From contig NIVC01003066.1 in assembly GCA_002269645.1 (NCBI GenBank), positions 1 to 47,426 of the forward strand: 47,426 nt of DNA, written 5' to 3'. A program made the translations under genes and the position numbers. The first letter of the stretch is position 1; each line of letters begins with the position of its first letter. Shown here piece after piece: positions 23,101 to 33,024 of the stretch. The notes below the pieces were generated by a model. That model saw only the letters and a list, made by a program, of their open reading frames with translations. It was not told where the DNA came from and searched no databases. Source of the DNA: Macrostomum lignano (lineage: Eukaryota).

Positions 23101-23644
23101 CATTGTTGACAGCCTTAATGATAATGTCATCTAAATAGATGAGGCTGACCTTCATCAGGAGAGGTCTAAACACCTTGTGCATCAGTTTCGCGAAATTGGC
23201 AGGTGCCGTCTTGATCCCGAATGGTACTACCTTCCAGCGGAAGGTGCCTTGGGGGCAGGCAAAGGCGGTGTAATCTCTAGCCTCCTCTTTGATCCCTACC
23301 TGCCAGTACGCGGAGGTCAGGTCAAGGCTAGAGAATACAGTGGCCCCGGCAAGGCTGTCAAAAGATTCTTCTATGAGTGGCAGAGGGAAGCTACATGGCT
23401 TGATGAGCTTATTGACGGCCCTATAGTCTATGCAAAGGCGTTGAGTGCCGTCCTTCTTCTTGACCAGAACGATAGGCACCCAGTCAGAGTCACACTCCTC
23501 AATGACCCCCTGTTCGAGCATCTGCGCTATGTTCTGGTCTAAGAATTCTTTTTGTGCTGGCGTGGTGCGCCTGTATGGTTGCGCAACAGGCTTGGCCTTA
23601 GGATCTATTAACTCTATGCCCATCTCGTGTAAATTGGTGTGGCC
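20159..23644 (-). CDS. Gypsy Pol: reverse transcriptase, RNase H and integrase with GPY/F motif
   Basis: LDLTSAYWQV, PFG, YLDD; RNase H LDCDSS...YCATMRELL...ADALSR; integrase H-H-C-C zinc finger, VHVD/SDNG/KAER (DDE), WLGPY. In frame with 23645-24088 across a TAA where DLG is expected. Confidence 0.95.
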   Translation of the reverse strand, partial: GHTNLHEMGIELIDPKAKPVAQPYRRTTPAQKEFLDQNIAQMLEQGVIEECDSDWVPIVLVKKKDGTQRLCIDYRAVNKLIKPCSFPLPLIEESFDSLAGATVFSSLDLTSAYWQVGIKEEARDYTAFACPQGTFRWKVVPFGIKTAPANFAKLMHKVFRPLLMKVSLIYLDDIIIKAVNNDQMIAHLALVLWQLRKASLKIKPSKCELFKDKVAFLGFVVSSRGIEADPAKTQAVQDWPKPLSKKQLLSFLGFANYYRKFVPRFSIIATPLYALAKKDAPFLWQPHHERAFQELKHSLCSPPILAYPDLSAKGREFILDCDSSLDGTGGVLYQLGPDGQEQVIAYASKKFNSSQRNYCATMRELLGLVLMLEHFRPYLLDKPFTVRVDAAALKWLHSKKHATGMLAQWLATIELYPLKVQQSTLERIAEYDFTVQYRPGVDHVPADALSRLPKFRADHFDCPTCSQIPEFKGKFLDQDPKHRRTPPSRELRQVCVQTIGISVACQTDTDAPAEPTPNVRATASGAVPSPETESRQPETESQVPPELIWAQNAQDSCVDMARLIASVQCKTEPLSKAELQGCSREMRSLWAQFNDLEVVEGLLYLAKSSKAKTANRRLVVPETADVGHLVLQYHGQLNHCGITKTMAALKARFVISDLDTIVKGVLAECTVCAKTKKSKRKLKAPMQPELSGYPNQVVHVDHAGPFEECDGYKYLLVMIDRFTGFVEVVPVPDVSAETTATTILTEWVARYGVMEQLVSDNGTAFINSTMIELTRLLQIDMGRITARRPQANGKAERMIQTVKAQIRAICLERQCDWPLASCLAALSIRATVAESTRFTPAKLFFGREFELPLNLCHNPPPNEHYQPERYAHQLHRTLVETSALARRTRGKAQERQKRYYDRRALRAEFHEGELVWVLNPNHKGIEPAVWLGPYRVVQRCSERTYRLVPEYGLLNPADRVPNPRHNIYNIDHLKPCIRQPTYQDVVDRYGEATHARSPAPSVNPPSGPASELSLVTIPQPSSARPESPRRAPGPNPPPPASGAFEEGAGAEAGEGQPFAEAGDAVAIEGQPQPDTDTDSTDTDTSHSQDSSESLYTASLGDPSSEQIEPPEIAANPVAAQAAEPPAPADVPRSRYGRPIRPPVRYRTCQVSDLLQQWGSRH

Positions 23645-24088
23645 TTAATCTGCGTTTGATCTAGAAATTTGGCTATTGAAGTAGTTGAGCAGTTTCAAAA
23701 TGGTGGCGAGTTGGCCCCTAGACAATTTGGCTTGGTCTAGTTGGAACTGCATTGTCAGCCATTTGGCTAACTCCCTACTAGGCGGCAGCAGCTTACTGAG
23801 TTGGCTGGTGAGGTTAGCTACATTGTCCAGGCTAAAGTCAGACTCCTTCAGGGTCATCTGAGCTATGACCTCATGACTATCTAATTCCTGGAATGAGGCA
23901 ATTTCTTGCCCCCTAGTTATCTGAATAGGCTGTTTCCCACTGTTGAGCACGCGCACTAGTATGTGGTTAGTATCGCTAACTGAGTCTAGAGTCTTGGCTA
24001 CCAACTGTTCGGTCTCTGGTCCGAGGATCCGGGACATGACTATACCGGAGGTGTACGGCGAAGAGTCGAGGACACGACTGGGGATCAG
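23645..24088 (-). CDS. Gypsy Pol linker between PR and RT (dUTPase-like degenerate region), cut off by a 1-nt frameshift at about 24088 and a stop at 23645-23647
   Basis: LIPSRVLD...LVAKTL...VRVLNSG...ITRGQEIA; continues PPHSE(T) from the gag-pro frame if one base is restored. Confidence 0.8.
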   Translation of the reverse strand: MIPSRVLDSSPYTSGIVMSRILGPETEQLVAKTLDSVSDTNHILVRVLNSGKQPIQITRGQEIASFQELDSHEVIAQMTLKESDFSLDNVANLTSQLSKLLPPSRELAKWLTMQFQLDQAKLSRGQLATILKLLNYFNSQISRSNAD

Positions 24089-25920
24089 GTTTCCGAGTGC
24101 GGGGGCAATTCTACGGTGCCGGCGGCCATCACTCGTCGGAGTTGGAAAATCCCCTTGTCCCCCTCAATGACTGGTACCGACACCCCTGCTACTAAAGCTC
24201 GGCCAGAGTTGAAGTCTAGCAGCATCTCGAAGCTGCGCAGGAAATCCATGCCTAACAGGGCTTCCGTGGTACAGTAAGCAGTGACTAGGAATACATGTTG
24301 TTTAGTCGTATTACCTAAGTTGATTTCGCAGCGTAGCGACCCTAGGATGTCTACCTGAGAGCCGCCGAAGGCGGTGGCACGCTGCTTATTGGCACTAGGC
24401 GTGAATATGTTATTGACGGGGTCAGCTGCGACCAGTTTGGCTTTCACGTCAGCACCCATGATGCTGGCATTGGCGCCTGAGTCTAGACAGGCCAGAACTT
24501 TAGAGTCTCCTACTCCTAGCTGCACGAAATAGCTAGACTCAAAGGTGTCAGCTGTGTACCCCCCTTGTCGGCATTGTGGATCACTGTCCCCTGGCTGAGG
24601 TTGCACATTACAGGCCTTGTCGTGCTGGCGCCCGGGGTCGACCTGGCGCTGGAATTTCACCCTAGTCCCCCTAAGGCGGTGCTGCTCGACTAGGCTACGC
24701 AGGCTGGGAGACAGTTGGCTAATGTGAACGAACAATTTCTCTGGCAGGTGCTCAGATTGGATGAACCCGTAATTCTGAGACCATGTGGCAATGGTTCCTA
24801 GTTCAGTCGTGACTTTTCCACGGCTGGGCTGCTGATTTTGGCTCCCCCGGGGCTGCTTTGGCGACTGTGGCCTCGGCGAGGGCGATGGACAGTCAGCGAT
24901 CAGGTGATCGGTCTGGCCGCATCGATGGCAAGCCCGCGGAAGGCGAGGAGCTGGCCTAGGTTGTCTATAGGTTTGGCTAACTTGTGGTGGGCCCCCAGTG
25001 GGCTCTGTGCGAGCGGGCCCCTGATTGGTAGTGACAGGCGGAGTGGTCTGGCTTAATCTATTGGCTTGGTCGGTCACCATCTTCTCAAGCTTGGCGACCC
25101 TCTGTTCTAACGCTTTCTTCTCAGCGTCAGGTTCTATGGCACGAACCTTGGCTATAGTAGAAGGCACGTTCAGAAGCTGGCGGACCCCGACAAGATCTTT
25201 GGCCTTCTGCATCAGCTCTTCTGCAGAGGTGGCACTGTCGGTTTCCTGATCCCATAAGAGGAGCTTTTCGGCGAGGTCCTTATCCCTCAGCCCATGGCAG
25301 AATCTGGCCTTGAGTAGGGGCTTCGCTTCAGCGAGCGAGAGACCCGCTAGTCTAGAATAGGAGACCAGTCTGTCGAAGAAATCAGACATCTGCTCATTAT
25401 GAGATTGGGCGGCAGCAACTAATTCTACGTAGGCCTTGTCCTTCTTCTTGGCATCGGTGTACCTTTCCCTGAGCAGCCGAAGCGCAGATTCGAAAGGCAA
25501 CTGGTCACACCGGTAATTAAGATATACCTCTTGGCATTCGGCTGACAGCAAAGATACGAGAATGGCGGACTTCTGGTCCTCAGGAACGCGGCAAGTGGCT
25601 AGATACGAAGTAAGCTGAGCTTCCCACGTATCAAAGTTCATCTTCGGCTGATAAGCGATTGGAGGGCGAAGGCGTATGTCTGGCTTCGCAGGCGGCGAGG
25701 AATTTGGCGCTGACGGCGAGGAAACAGCGAGACGCTCTTCGAGCATCCGGTGAAGAGAGGCTAAGGTTTGAGTCAACAAGAGTTGCTCACTAGGAGCTGG
25801 CGCGGCGGCAGCAGCTGCGCCTGCTGGCTGCTCGCCGGCATCGACTGCGTCCTGATCTGGCACGTCGGCATCTCCGTCAGCCAATGACGCTGCGGCATGG
25901 TTGTCCCCGTTGTCGGACAT
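24085..25920 (-). CDS. Gypsy Gag-Pro: capsid-like region, CCHC knuckle (24889-24930), cold-shock domain (about 24598-24804), aspartic protease (DSG at 24483)
   Basis: CHRCGQTDHLIADC; ELGTIATWSQNYGFIQSEHLPEKLFVHISQL...GTRVKFQ...KACNVQ; CLDSGANASI...LLGMDFL. Confidence 0.93.
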   Translation of the reverse strand: MSDNGDNHAAASLADGDADVPDQDAVDAGEQPAGAAAAAAPAPSEQLLLTQTLASLHRMLEERLAVSSPSAPNSSPPAKPDIRLRPPIAYQPKMNFDTWEAQLTSYLATCRVPEDQKSAILVSLLSAECQEVYLNYRCDQLPFESALRLLRERYTDAKKKDKAYVELVAAAQSHNEQMSDFFDRLVSYSRLAGLSLAEAKPLLKARFCHGLRDKDLAEKLLLWDQETDSATSAEELMQKAKDLVGVRQLLNVPSTIAKVRAIEPDAEKKALEQRVAKLEKMVTDQANRLSQTTPPVTTNQGPARTEPTGGPPQVSQTYRQPRPAPRLPRACHRCGQTDHLIADCPSPSPRPQSPKQPRGSQNQQPSRGKVTTELGTIATWSQNYGFIQSEHLPEKLFVHISQLSPSLRSLVEQHRLRGTRVKFQRQVDPGRQHDKACNVQPQPGDSDPQCRQGGYTADTFESSYFVQLGVGDSKVLACLDSGANASIMGADVKAKLVAADPVNNIFTPSANKQRATAFGGSQVDILGSLRCEINLGNTTKQHVFLVTAYCTTEALLGMDFLRSFEMLLDFNSGRALVAGVSVPVIEGDKGIFQLRRVMAAGTVELPPHSET

Positions 25921-26319
25921 TGTGCAAGATTGAGCGAGATGAATGAACCAAGCGTGAACGAAAATAAGGCTCCAGAGAAAACGAATTGAGGTTGATGACG
26001 CGAGAGAGACGAGAGAGATTGCGTCCTACTAACAAAAATACGTGCCTGACAGGGGCAAACCACAAAAAGCCTATAATAGGGGAGAGTCCTATCACGCAAA
26101 CCACCCAGACTAACTGTCAGGCAATAGTCCCTACAAACAATCAGCGCACAGCGTAACCTGGCGTGGCTTGGCACACGCAGTGGAGCTATCTTGGCAGAGC
26201 GTAAGCTCGAGCTCAACGCAGTCGACAGCGCGCGTTGCTCAGGGCGATGACCAGCGACGACTCGCGGCGACGAGCGAAGACCGGCCGAGCAGTCAGGACC
26301 CCTGGGCCTGACGTGGCAC

Positions 26320-26716
26320 AGGCTCTCGCAGCCTTGCGGACCGAACCTCAGGCGTGGCACAGGCTCTCGTAGCCTTGCGGACCGAACCTCAGGCGTGGCA
26401 CAGGCTCTCGCAGCCTTGCGGACCGTCAGGCAGAAACGTGGCAGGCCGGCACTCAGTCACGAGCCGGCAGAGCTGAGCAGAATCTTGCTGACGCTTGGTT
26501 GCGAGCTGGCAGGGCTGAGCAGAAGTCTCGGTGGTGCTGATTACGAGTTGGCAGCGCTGAGCAGAAGTCTTGATGGCACTGATTTAGTTGCGAGCCGGCA
26601 GTGCTGAGCAGGAGTCTCGGTAGTGCTGACTTAGTTGCGAGCCGGCAGTGCTGAGTAGGAGTCTCAGTAGTGCTGACTTAGTTGCGAGCCGGCAGTGCTG
26701 AGTAGGAGTCTCGGTG
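26320..26716. repeat. Gypsy leader tandem repeats: 41-bp unit, about 2.5 copies (26320-26425), and 47-bp unit, about 5 copies (26468-26716), running into the PBS
   Basis: 47-bp period at 26612, 26659 and 26706. Confidence 0.88.
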
Positions 26717-26725
26717 GGACCTCCA
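26709..26725 (-). other. Primer-binding site TGGAGGTCCCACCGAGA, complementary to the tRNA-Gln 3' end
   Basis: The plus strand reads TCTCGGTGGGACCTCCA, the 3' end of metazoan tRNA-Gln(UUG) including CCA; it lies 6 nt from the 5' LTR. Confidence 0.85.
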
Positions 26726-26731
26726 AAATTA

Positions 26732-27559
26732 TGTCACGTTATTTGATGTTGGCCGTGACCCTTAAAAGGGCCGTTTTAGTCCAAAAAATAAGTTGGAGTC
26801 AACTCAGGCGAAGTGGATGGTGTAGCGGAGCACTTGGCAATAAGGGCAGGAAACTGCCGTAGTTGTTTTTATTATCAATATAAATAGTAAGTTTGGTTGT
26901 TACTGGCAAATAACAAACTTTGGTTTCCTGGGCACTGGCGGCTGCAACAATGGTTTCTTTCAAGATAAATTGGATGTGAGTTCAAGCGACAGACGAGTGA
27001 TGTAATGGCGACGTAACGTTATGATCAATGGCAATGAGTACAGTGAAGGCAGGGAGGCGTAGTGGCGAGTTTGGCGTCGGTCGTGGCGTGAAACAGTCAA
27101 GTAAGTGTGTGAGCAGGCTGGCCCAGACAGAAGGGCCGTGGTGAGAAATAAGGAGGCTCGAGGCAGCCAGACAAACAGATAAGACAGCTAAGAGGCAGCA
27201 GGGAAGGAAACAAGGAACAAGACAGGAGAGACGAAAAAGCGTGAGGGGTGCCCACCGCCAGGCGGGGGGTTTAATAAAAGAGCGCAGAGGGGGGTAGCGT
27301 GAGCACGAGTGATTTCATTGGCTGGCGAGAGAACTTAAAATTATCGATCGTGCCAATTTTATACGGTCGCGAGAGAGGATAGCAAAATATACAGTGAATT
27401 AGAAATTGCCACAAAATCGTTGGGCACTACTACAAGTAAACGTCGCAATAAACGAATGGAAAAGTTTAGTTGAAACGGTGAAACTGAAGGGTTGAATGAC
27501 TATGGAGAACAGCAGTCCAACGGCCCTTTTCGGGACCACCTTAAACTGACAATGTCACA
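26732..27559 (-). repeat. 5' LTR (828 bp)
   Basis: TG..CA termini, near identity to 17201-18029, adjacent to the PBS. Confidence 0.97.
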
Positions 27560-27702
27560 TAACAAACTAAATTATTTCATAAGGCATATATGTAGAAGAT
27601 AGGAGCAGCTATCTCGTCAGTGTGCTATGTGGATAAGCAGAAAATTATTCCCATGGTACTGTTGGAATAAGACAAAAATTATTTTTATTGTACCATAGGG
27701 AT

Positions 27703-27997
27703 CATACATGCGCAACAGTCGGCCGAGTCGGCCGATCCGGCCGACCGATTTGGCGGCCAACCAAGGAAGTCGCAAAAATGCCCACCCAAAAACCCCAATA
27801 GTAGTACTAAGTAGCTGATGAAGCATTTTGACTTAATAAGACAGTCATAGTTACTCCTGCCGTTTACCCAAAGTTGCATTAATTTTGCTTTAGGGTTTTT
27901 TTCACATGTAAGTCGCATTTTTGGCCAAAAACGATGTCGCATTTTTGTTAAAACTTAGTCGCACGGCCGACCGAATTTTGGAGGTTGCGCATGTATG
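27703..27997 (-). mobile_element. hAT-type MITE (295 bp), copy 2, inverted relative to copy 1
   Basis: Perfect 14-bp TIR catacatgcgcaac; perfect 8-bp TSD atagggat (27695-27702 and 27998-28005). Confidence 0.9.
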
Positions 27998-29980
27998 ATA
28001 GGGATAAGTATTCCCTTTCAATGTTATTAGTGAAATGATACCAAACTTTTGAAAATTGATCAATTAATAAAAAAATATTGTGTCTTTTTAAATAGCATTT
28101 TTCCTTTTTTAATATACTAAATAGCCATAGCCCATAGCCATAGTTAGAATTATGGTTAAAATAAAATTTTATGTCTATTTTCAATTTCATTACAATTTCA
28201 AATTAAAAAAAATTATGCTGAGCCCATAGTTGTCTTTATGCCAACTTTTTTGAAGAATATTTTATGCCAACTTTTTTGAAGAATATTTTATGCCAACTTT
28301 TTTGAAGAATATATATTATTAAAAATAAAAGACTTATTAAACTTTAAAATGGCTATTTTTTGCTAAAATTGATATTATTTGTTTTTTATTTTGTTTTTAT
28401 TATAAATTGTAGTAATATTTTTTATTTTAATTTAATTGCAAATTATTTTTAAATAGCTTTTGTTGATTGATATTTAACTGCACAATTATATTAGCCCTAA
28501 ACTCAGCTATTTTTTGTATGCCAAGTGTATACCAAGATTGTCAGCTAGAGCAAAAAATGCCAGAGTTTTCTAGTATAAAGGCCACTTTCCAGACTTATGG
28601 CATGGCATACCTGCGCTGGAACAAATCCTATAAAAAAAAATTGCTTGCATTGTGTGCCAGAACTATTCTTATCTAAAAAGTTTGCTTGCATTGTATACCA
28701 CAACTTTTTGGGAAAAAATCAGTCAGTTTTCATTTGAAAAATTTCAGTAAAACTTGTATTTGAATTTGTTTCATAGAAAATGCAATGTTGACATAAATTA
28801 ACTAAAAAAGCCATCAATACACTGGCAAACAAAAAGTGCAAATAAAAAGAAATTATTTCTAATTTTCTATTAGAGAAAATATTGTCTTGTCAGAAGTTTT
28901 TGTCTTGTATCAAGTTGTGTCTATTTTTTGTCTTGTACTATACTACATCAGATTTTTCTTCCTTACCTGCTGTTGTGCTAGAAGGCACTATATGGCACAA
29001 GTCTAACCTTTTTTGTGCTAGAATTTTCTGTGAAAAAGGCCATCTTCCTAACTATGGCTGAATAGATTGAAAAACTATCATTTTTTGCTACAAATATTTT
29101 TTGTCACCAAAAAGGACTTTTTACTTATTATCAAAATGACTTGCTTGTCACCAAAAGGACTATCACCAAAATATCTTATTACTAAAACAACTATAATCCC
29201 ATAAGAATAATTTCTATCTAGTATCTAGTTCTATCTAGTTCTATCTAGTACTATAGTACTATGATAATGATTTTTTGATTTTTTGTATGACACATAGATA
29301 GCTATTATATTGATCTACATATGTTTTGGGTATAAGTTATATCCTATCCACATGGCATATTGATAAGATAGCTCTTCTGTATCTTCTACATATGCTGTAC
29401 ATAAATAGTTTATTGCTTATGACTATAAAGTGTTTTATTTACTATACATAATACTGTACATTTACTCTACATAATAAAATCTACATAGTAAAATACATAA
29501 AAAAAGTGGTAAAAGTAAGCAAAATTCAGCAATGATTGAATAGCTATTTATCTGACCCAAAGATGAAAAAAGCATGCCATGCATAAGAATCTTAGAGACT
29601 GACTAATGCAGGCTCATAAACAGCTACCAGTCAATAGAATATAGTAGTGTCATCTTTTGCTTACTTTTACCACTTTTGGTTTAGGTATTTTGAGGGTGCA
29701 ACTTTAGAAAACTATTTTTAGAACTATAAAGCTTATATCCAAGCCATAGAAAAATTCTACATTTGAAGTTACTTTTGTCACATTCAGGCTTTAAAAGGTA
29801 TATTTATCATAATACCTTTAAGAGTGCACTAGCACCACCTTAGGAAAGCTGCTTTTTCAGGTTTGGTTTGTGGTTCCTAATGTACAGGGTTTTTTTGAAG
29901 TGACAGTCAGTATTGCATTTATGAATGATCTTAAACCTTACACTTGGTTAACTATTGGCAATGGCCAGTGTACTCCAACT

Positions 29981-30070
29981 TCCTATATACTAAAAATGAA
30001 AATCTTGCTTGCTTGCTTGCTTGTAATCGATTAGAGAAAAAATGGCTTAACCGATTTTCATGAGACTTGC
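29981..30070 (+). mobile_element. Possible Helitron/HINE-like 5' end
   Basis: TC-ctatatactaaaaatgaa, (GCTT)n, then ggcttaaccgattttcatga; this resembles non-autonomous Helitron 5' ends. No 3' CTRR end was located. Confidence 0.35.
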
Positions 30071-30471
30071 ACTGTTCGATCAGAAATTTTCCCGTTACGG
30101 TACATGCATCTTGGCTAAGAAATTGCTCCATGTTAAAGCGATTAAATATTCGAAAAACATGCTTTTTTGCAAAGGTCAAGCAAACTTTTCGACTTGAAAT
30201 GCATTGTAAGAATGCTAGAGAAAAAACTGACTGGTTGAATTCTGATTCTGAAATAGATTGCATCATAACTGAATTGTAACTCTGACTTAAATTGAAAATG
30301 CAGTGTGGAAGCGTAGCACCAGACTTGATTTAAATTGCGTAACCATATTGTTAACTGATACTGACTGACTGAGAAATTGATTATGTCATAACTGCCTCGT
30401 GTGATTTACTCTATGCTTGGAGTTTTGAAACTTATAATTATAAGTGCTAAAATTCATATTATCAAAACGAT

Positions 30472-30540
30472 GAGAGCTAGCCTAGAGGTAAACAGACTGA
30501 CTGCTAAATGCAGGGACGATGGTTCGAATTTTTAGAGAGT
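30472..30540 (+). mobile_element. Degenerate tRNA-derived SINE head
   Basis: ctagcctag.ggt (A box) ... ggttcgaat (B box), similar to 43581-43641. Confidence 0.35.
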
Positions 30541-30584
30541 GGAATTTTTTTAATTAAAGCTTTTTAACACCAAGAAGAAAACTA

Positions 30585-32200
30585 AAAAATCATAGAAGCG
30601 TCATGTAAAAAATCATTGAAGCGTCATGAAAAAATCATAGAAGCGTCATGTAAACAATCATAGAAGCGTCCTGCAGAAATCGTAGAAGCATCATGTAAAA
30701 AATCATAGAAGCGTCATGTAAAAAATCATAGAAGCGTCATGAAAATATCATAGAAGCGTCATGTAAAAAATCATAGAAGCGTCATGTAAACAATCACAGA
30801 AGCGTCATGTAAAAATCATAGAAGCGTCATGTAAAAAATCATAGAAGCGTCATGTAAACAATCATAGAAGCGTCATGCAAAAAATCATATAAGTGTCATG
30901 TAAAAAATCATAGAAGCGTCATGTAAAAATCATAGAAGCGTCATGTAAAAATCATAGAAGCGTCATGTAAAAAATCATGGAAGCGTCATGAAAATATCAT
31001 AGAAGCGTCATGTAAAAAATCATGGAAGCGTCATGTAAAAATCATAGTAGCGTCATGTAAAAAATCATAGTAGCGTCATGTAAAAATCATAGAAGCGTCA
31101 TGAAAAAATCATAGAAGCGTCATGAAAAAAACATTGGAGCGTCATGAAAAACTCATAGAAACGTCATGTAAAAATCATAGAAGCGTCATGTAAAAATCAT
31201 AGAATCGTCATATAAAAAGCATAGAAGCGTCATGTAAACAATCATAGAAGCGTCATATAAAAATCATAGAAGCGTCATATAAACAATCACAGAAGCGTCA
31301 TGAAAAAATCATGGAAGCGTCATGTAAAAATCATAGAAGCGTCATGTAAACAATCATAGAAGCGTCCTGCAAAAAATCATAGAAGTGTCATGTAAACAAT
31401 CATGGAAGCGTCATGTAAAAATCATAGAAGCGTCATGAAAAAATCATAGAAGCGTCATGAAAAAATCATAGAAGCGTCATGTAAAAAATCATAGAAGCGT
31501 CATGTAAAAAATCATAGAAGCGTCATGAAAATATCATAGAAGCGTCATGTAAACAATCATAGAAGCGTCATGCAAAAAATCATAGAAGTGTCATGTAAAC
31601 AATCATGGAAGCGTCATGTAAAAATCATAGAAGCGTCATGAAAAAATCATGGAAGCGTCATGTAAAAAATCATGGAAGCGTCATGAAGAAAAATCATGGA
31701 AGCGTCATGTAAAAATCATAGAAGTGTCATGTAAAAAATCATGGAAGCGTCATGTAAAAATCATAGAAGTGTCATGTAAAAATCATGGAAGCGTCATGAA
31801 AAAATCATAGAAGCGTCATGAAAAAATCATAGGAGCGTCATGAAAAAATCATGGAAGCGTCATGTAAAAATCATAGAAGTGTCATGTAAAAAATCATGGA
31901 AGCGTCATGAAAAAATCATAGAAGCGTCATGAAAAAATCATAGGAGCGTCATGAAAAAATCATAGAAGCATCATGTAAAAATCATAGAAGTGTCCTGCAG
32001 AAATCGTAGAAGCATCATGTAAACAATCATAGAAGCGTCATGTAAAAAGCATAGAAGCGTCATGTAAACAATCATAGAAGCGTCATGAAAAAATCATAGA
32101 AGCCTCATTTAAAAACTAATGAAAGCGTCATTTAAAAAATTAAGAAGCATCATGGAAGAATAAAAGAAGTGTAATGTAAAAATCAAAAGAAGCGTCATGT
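30585..32200. repeat. Satellite array of about 21 bp (aaaaatcatagaagcgtcatgt), about 1.6 kb
   Basis: Direct reading. Confidence 0.97.
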
Positions 32201-32979
32201 CAGACGTGAAGGGTGTCATGTAAAAATAAAATGCAGCTATAATGCTGTGCTGGGAAGAAAAACTGAGACGTAAAGGCTCTCAGAGAATAACTGAGATTAC
32301 GAGGGGGGGGGTTGTTTCTGGGATCTCAAAGCAAAAGTCAGAAGCTACTTCAAAGTTCATGTACTTTACTCAATTTTTTATTGCATTCTTTGTTGGCTCG
32401 CCATGGGGGGTGCTGATAGAAGAAGAGTCATGTAAAAAATAAAAGTAGCACTATGTATACATAAAAGAAAAGTCATGTCGAAGTTAAAAGATTCATTTGG
32501 GAATTGCTACGATGTCAAAGCTTGGTGGAAATCGTTATAGTGCTGTGATTCTTAAAGAAGGAATCACTAAAATGTCAAGGCTTAGGGAGAAGAATTGCTG
32601 AGATTTCAAGGCTTTAGGTTGGGTTAAAGTTAGGTTTAGGTCAGGTGTGGGTTGAGGGTTATATTTTATCGGGTTTCAAGGTTAACAGTGGATTTTTTAG
32701 ATTTCAAGGTTTATGGGGGCCATCGCTGACATGTCAAGGCTTACGGGGGGGGAATAGCTGAGATGTCAAGGCTCACGGGGGTATAAATGAGATTTCAAGG
32801 CTAAAGTCAGAAGCTACATGTAGTTTATTGAAAACTTTTTATTACATTATTTGATGCCTCCTCAGGCGAGGGATCGCTGATAAAAAAAGCGTTATGTAAA
32901 AAATAAAAGAAGCTTATCGCTATAATGCTGTAGTAGTGCTATAATGACTCTTAGAGAGAATTACTGAAATTTCAATGCT

Positions 32980-33024
32980 TTAGGGTTAGGTTAGGGTTAG
33001 GGTTAGGGTTAGGGTTAGGGTTAG
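32980..33024 (+). repeat. Interstitial (TTAGGG)n inside a degenerate repeat region (32230-33240)
   Basis: Six perfect TTAGGG units plus variants. Confidence 0.9.

Larger units (their letters stand above)
17201..27559 (-). mobile_element. Full-length Ty3/Gypsy LTR retrotransposon (10,359 bp)
   Basis: Two TG..CA LTRs, PBS, PPT, and gag(CCHC)-PR-RT-RH-IN order. Flanks taat / taac are an imperfect 4-bp TSD. Confidence 0.97.

Noticed and set aside
23645-23647. Programmed stop read-through
   Set aside because: It falls on the conserved DLG leucine (TTA to TAA), so a point mutation or error is more likely.
24082-24095. Programmed -1 frameshift between pro and pol
   Set aside because: The zero-frame G GAA ACC is not an X XXY YYZ slippery heptamer; a lost C in a homopolymer restores SETLIP.
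28467-28676. ORF as the missing TTC14 first exon
   Set aside because: Only faint similarity and no good donor site.
30585-32200. CRISPR-like array (also considered for other repeats)
   Set aside because: Eukaryotic DNA, no unique spacers and no cas genes.
32980-33024. Telomere or chromosome-fusion site
   Set aside because: Short, single orientation, and embedded in a dispersed degenerate repeat.
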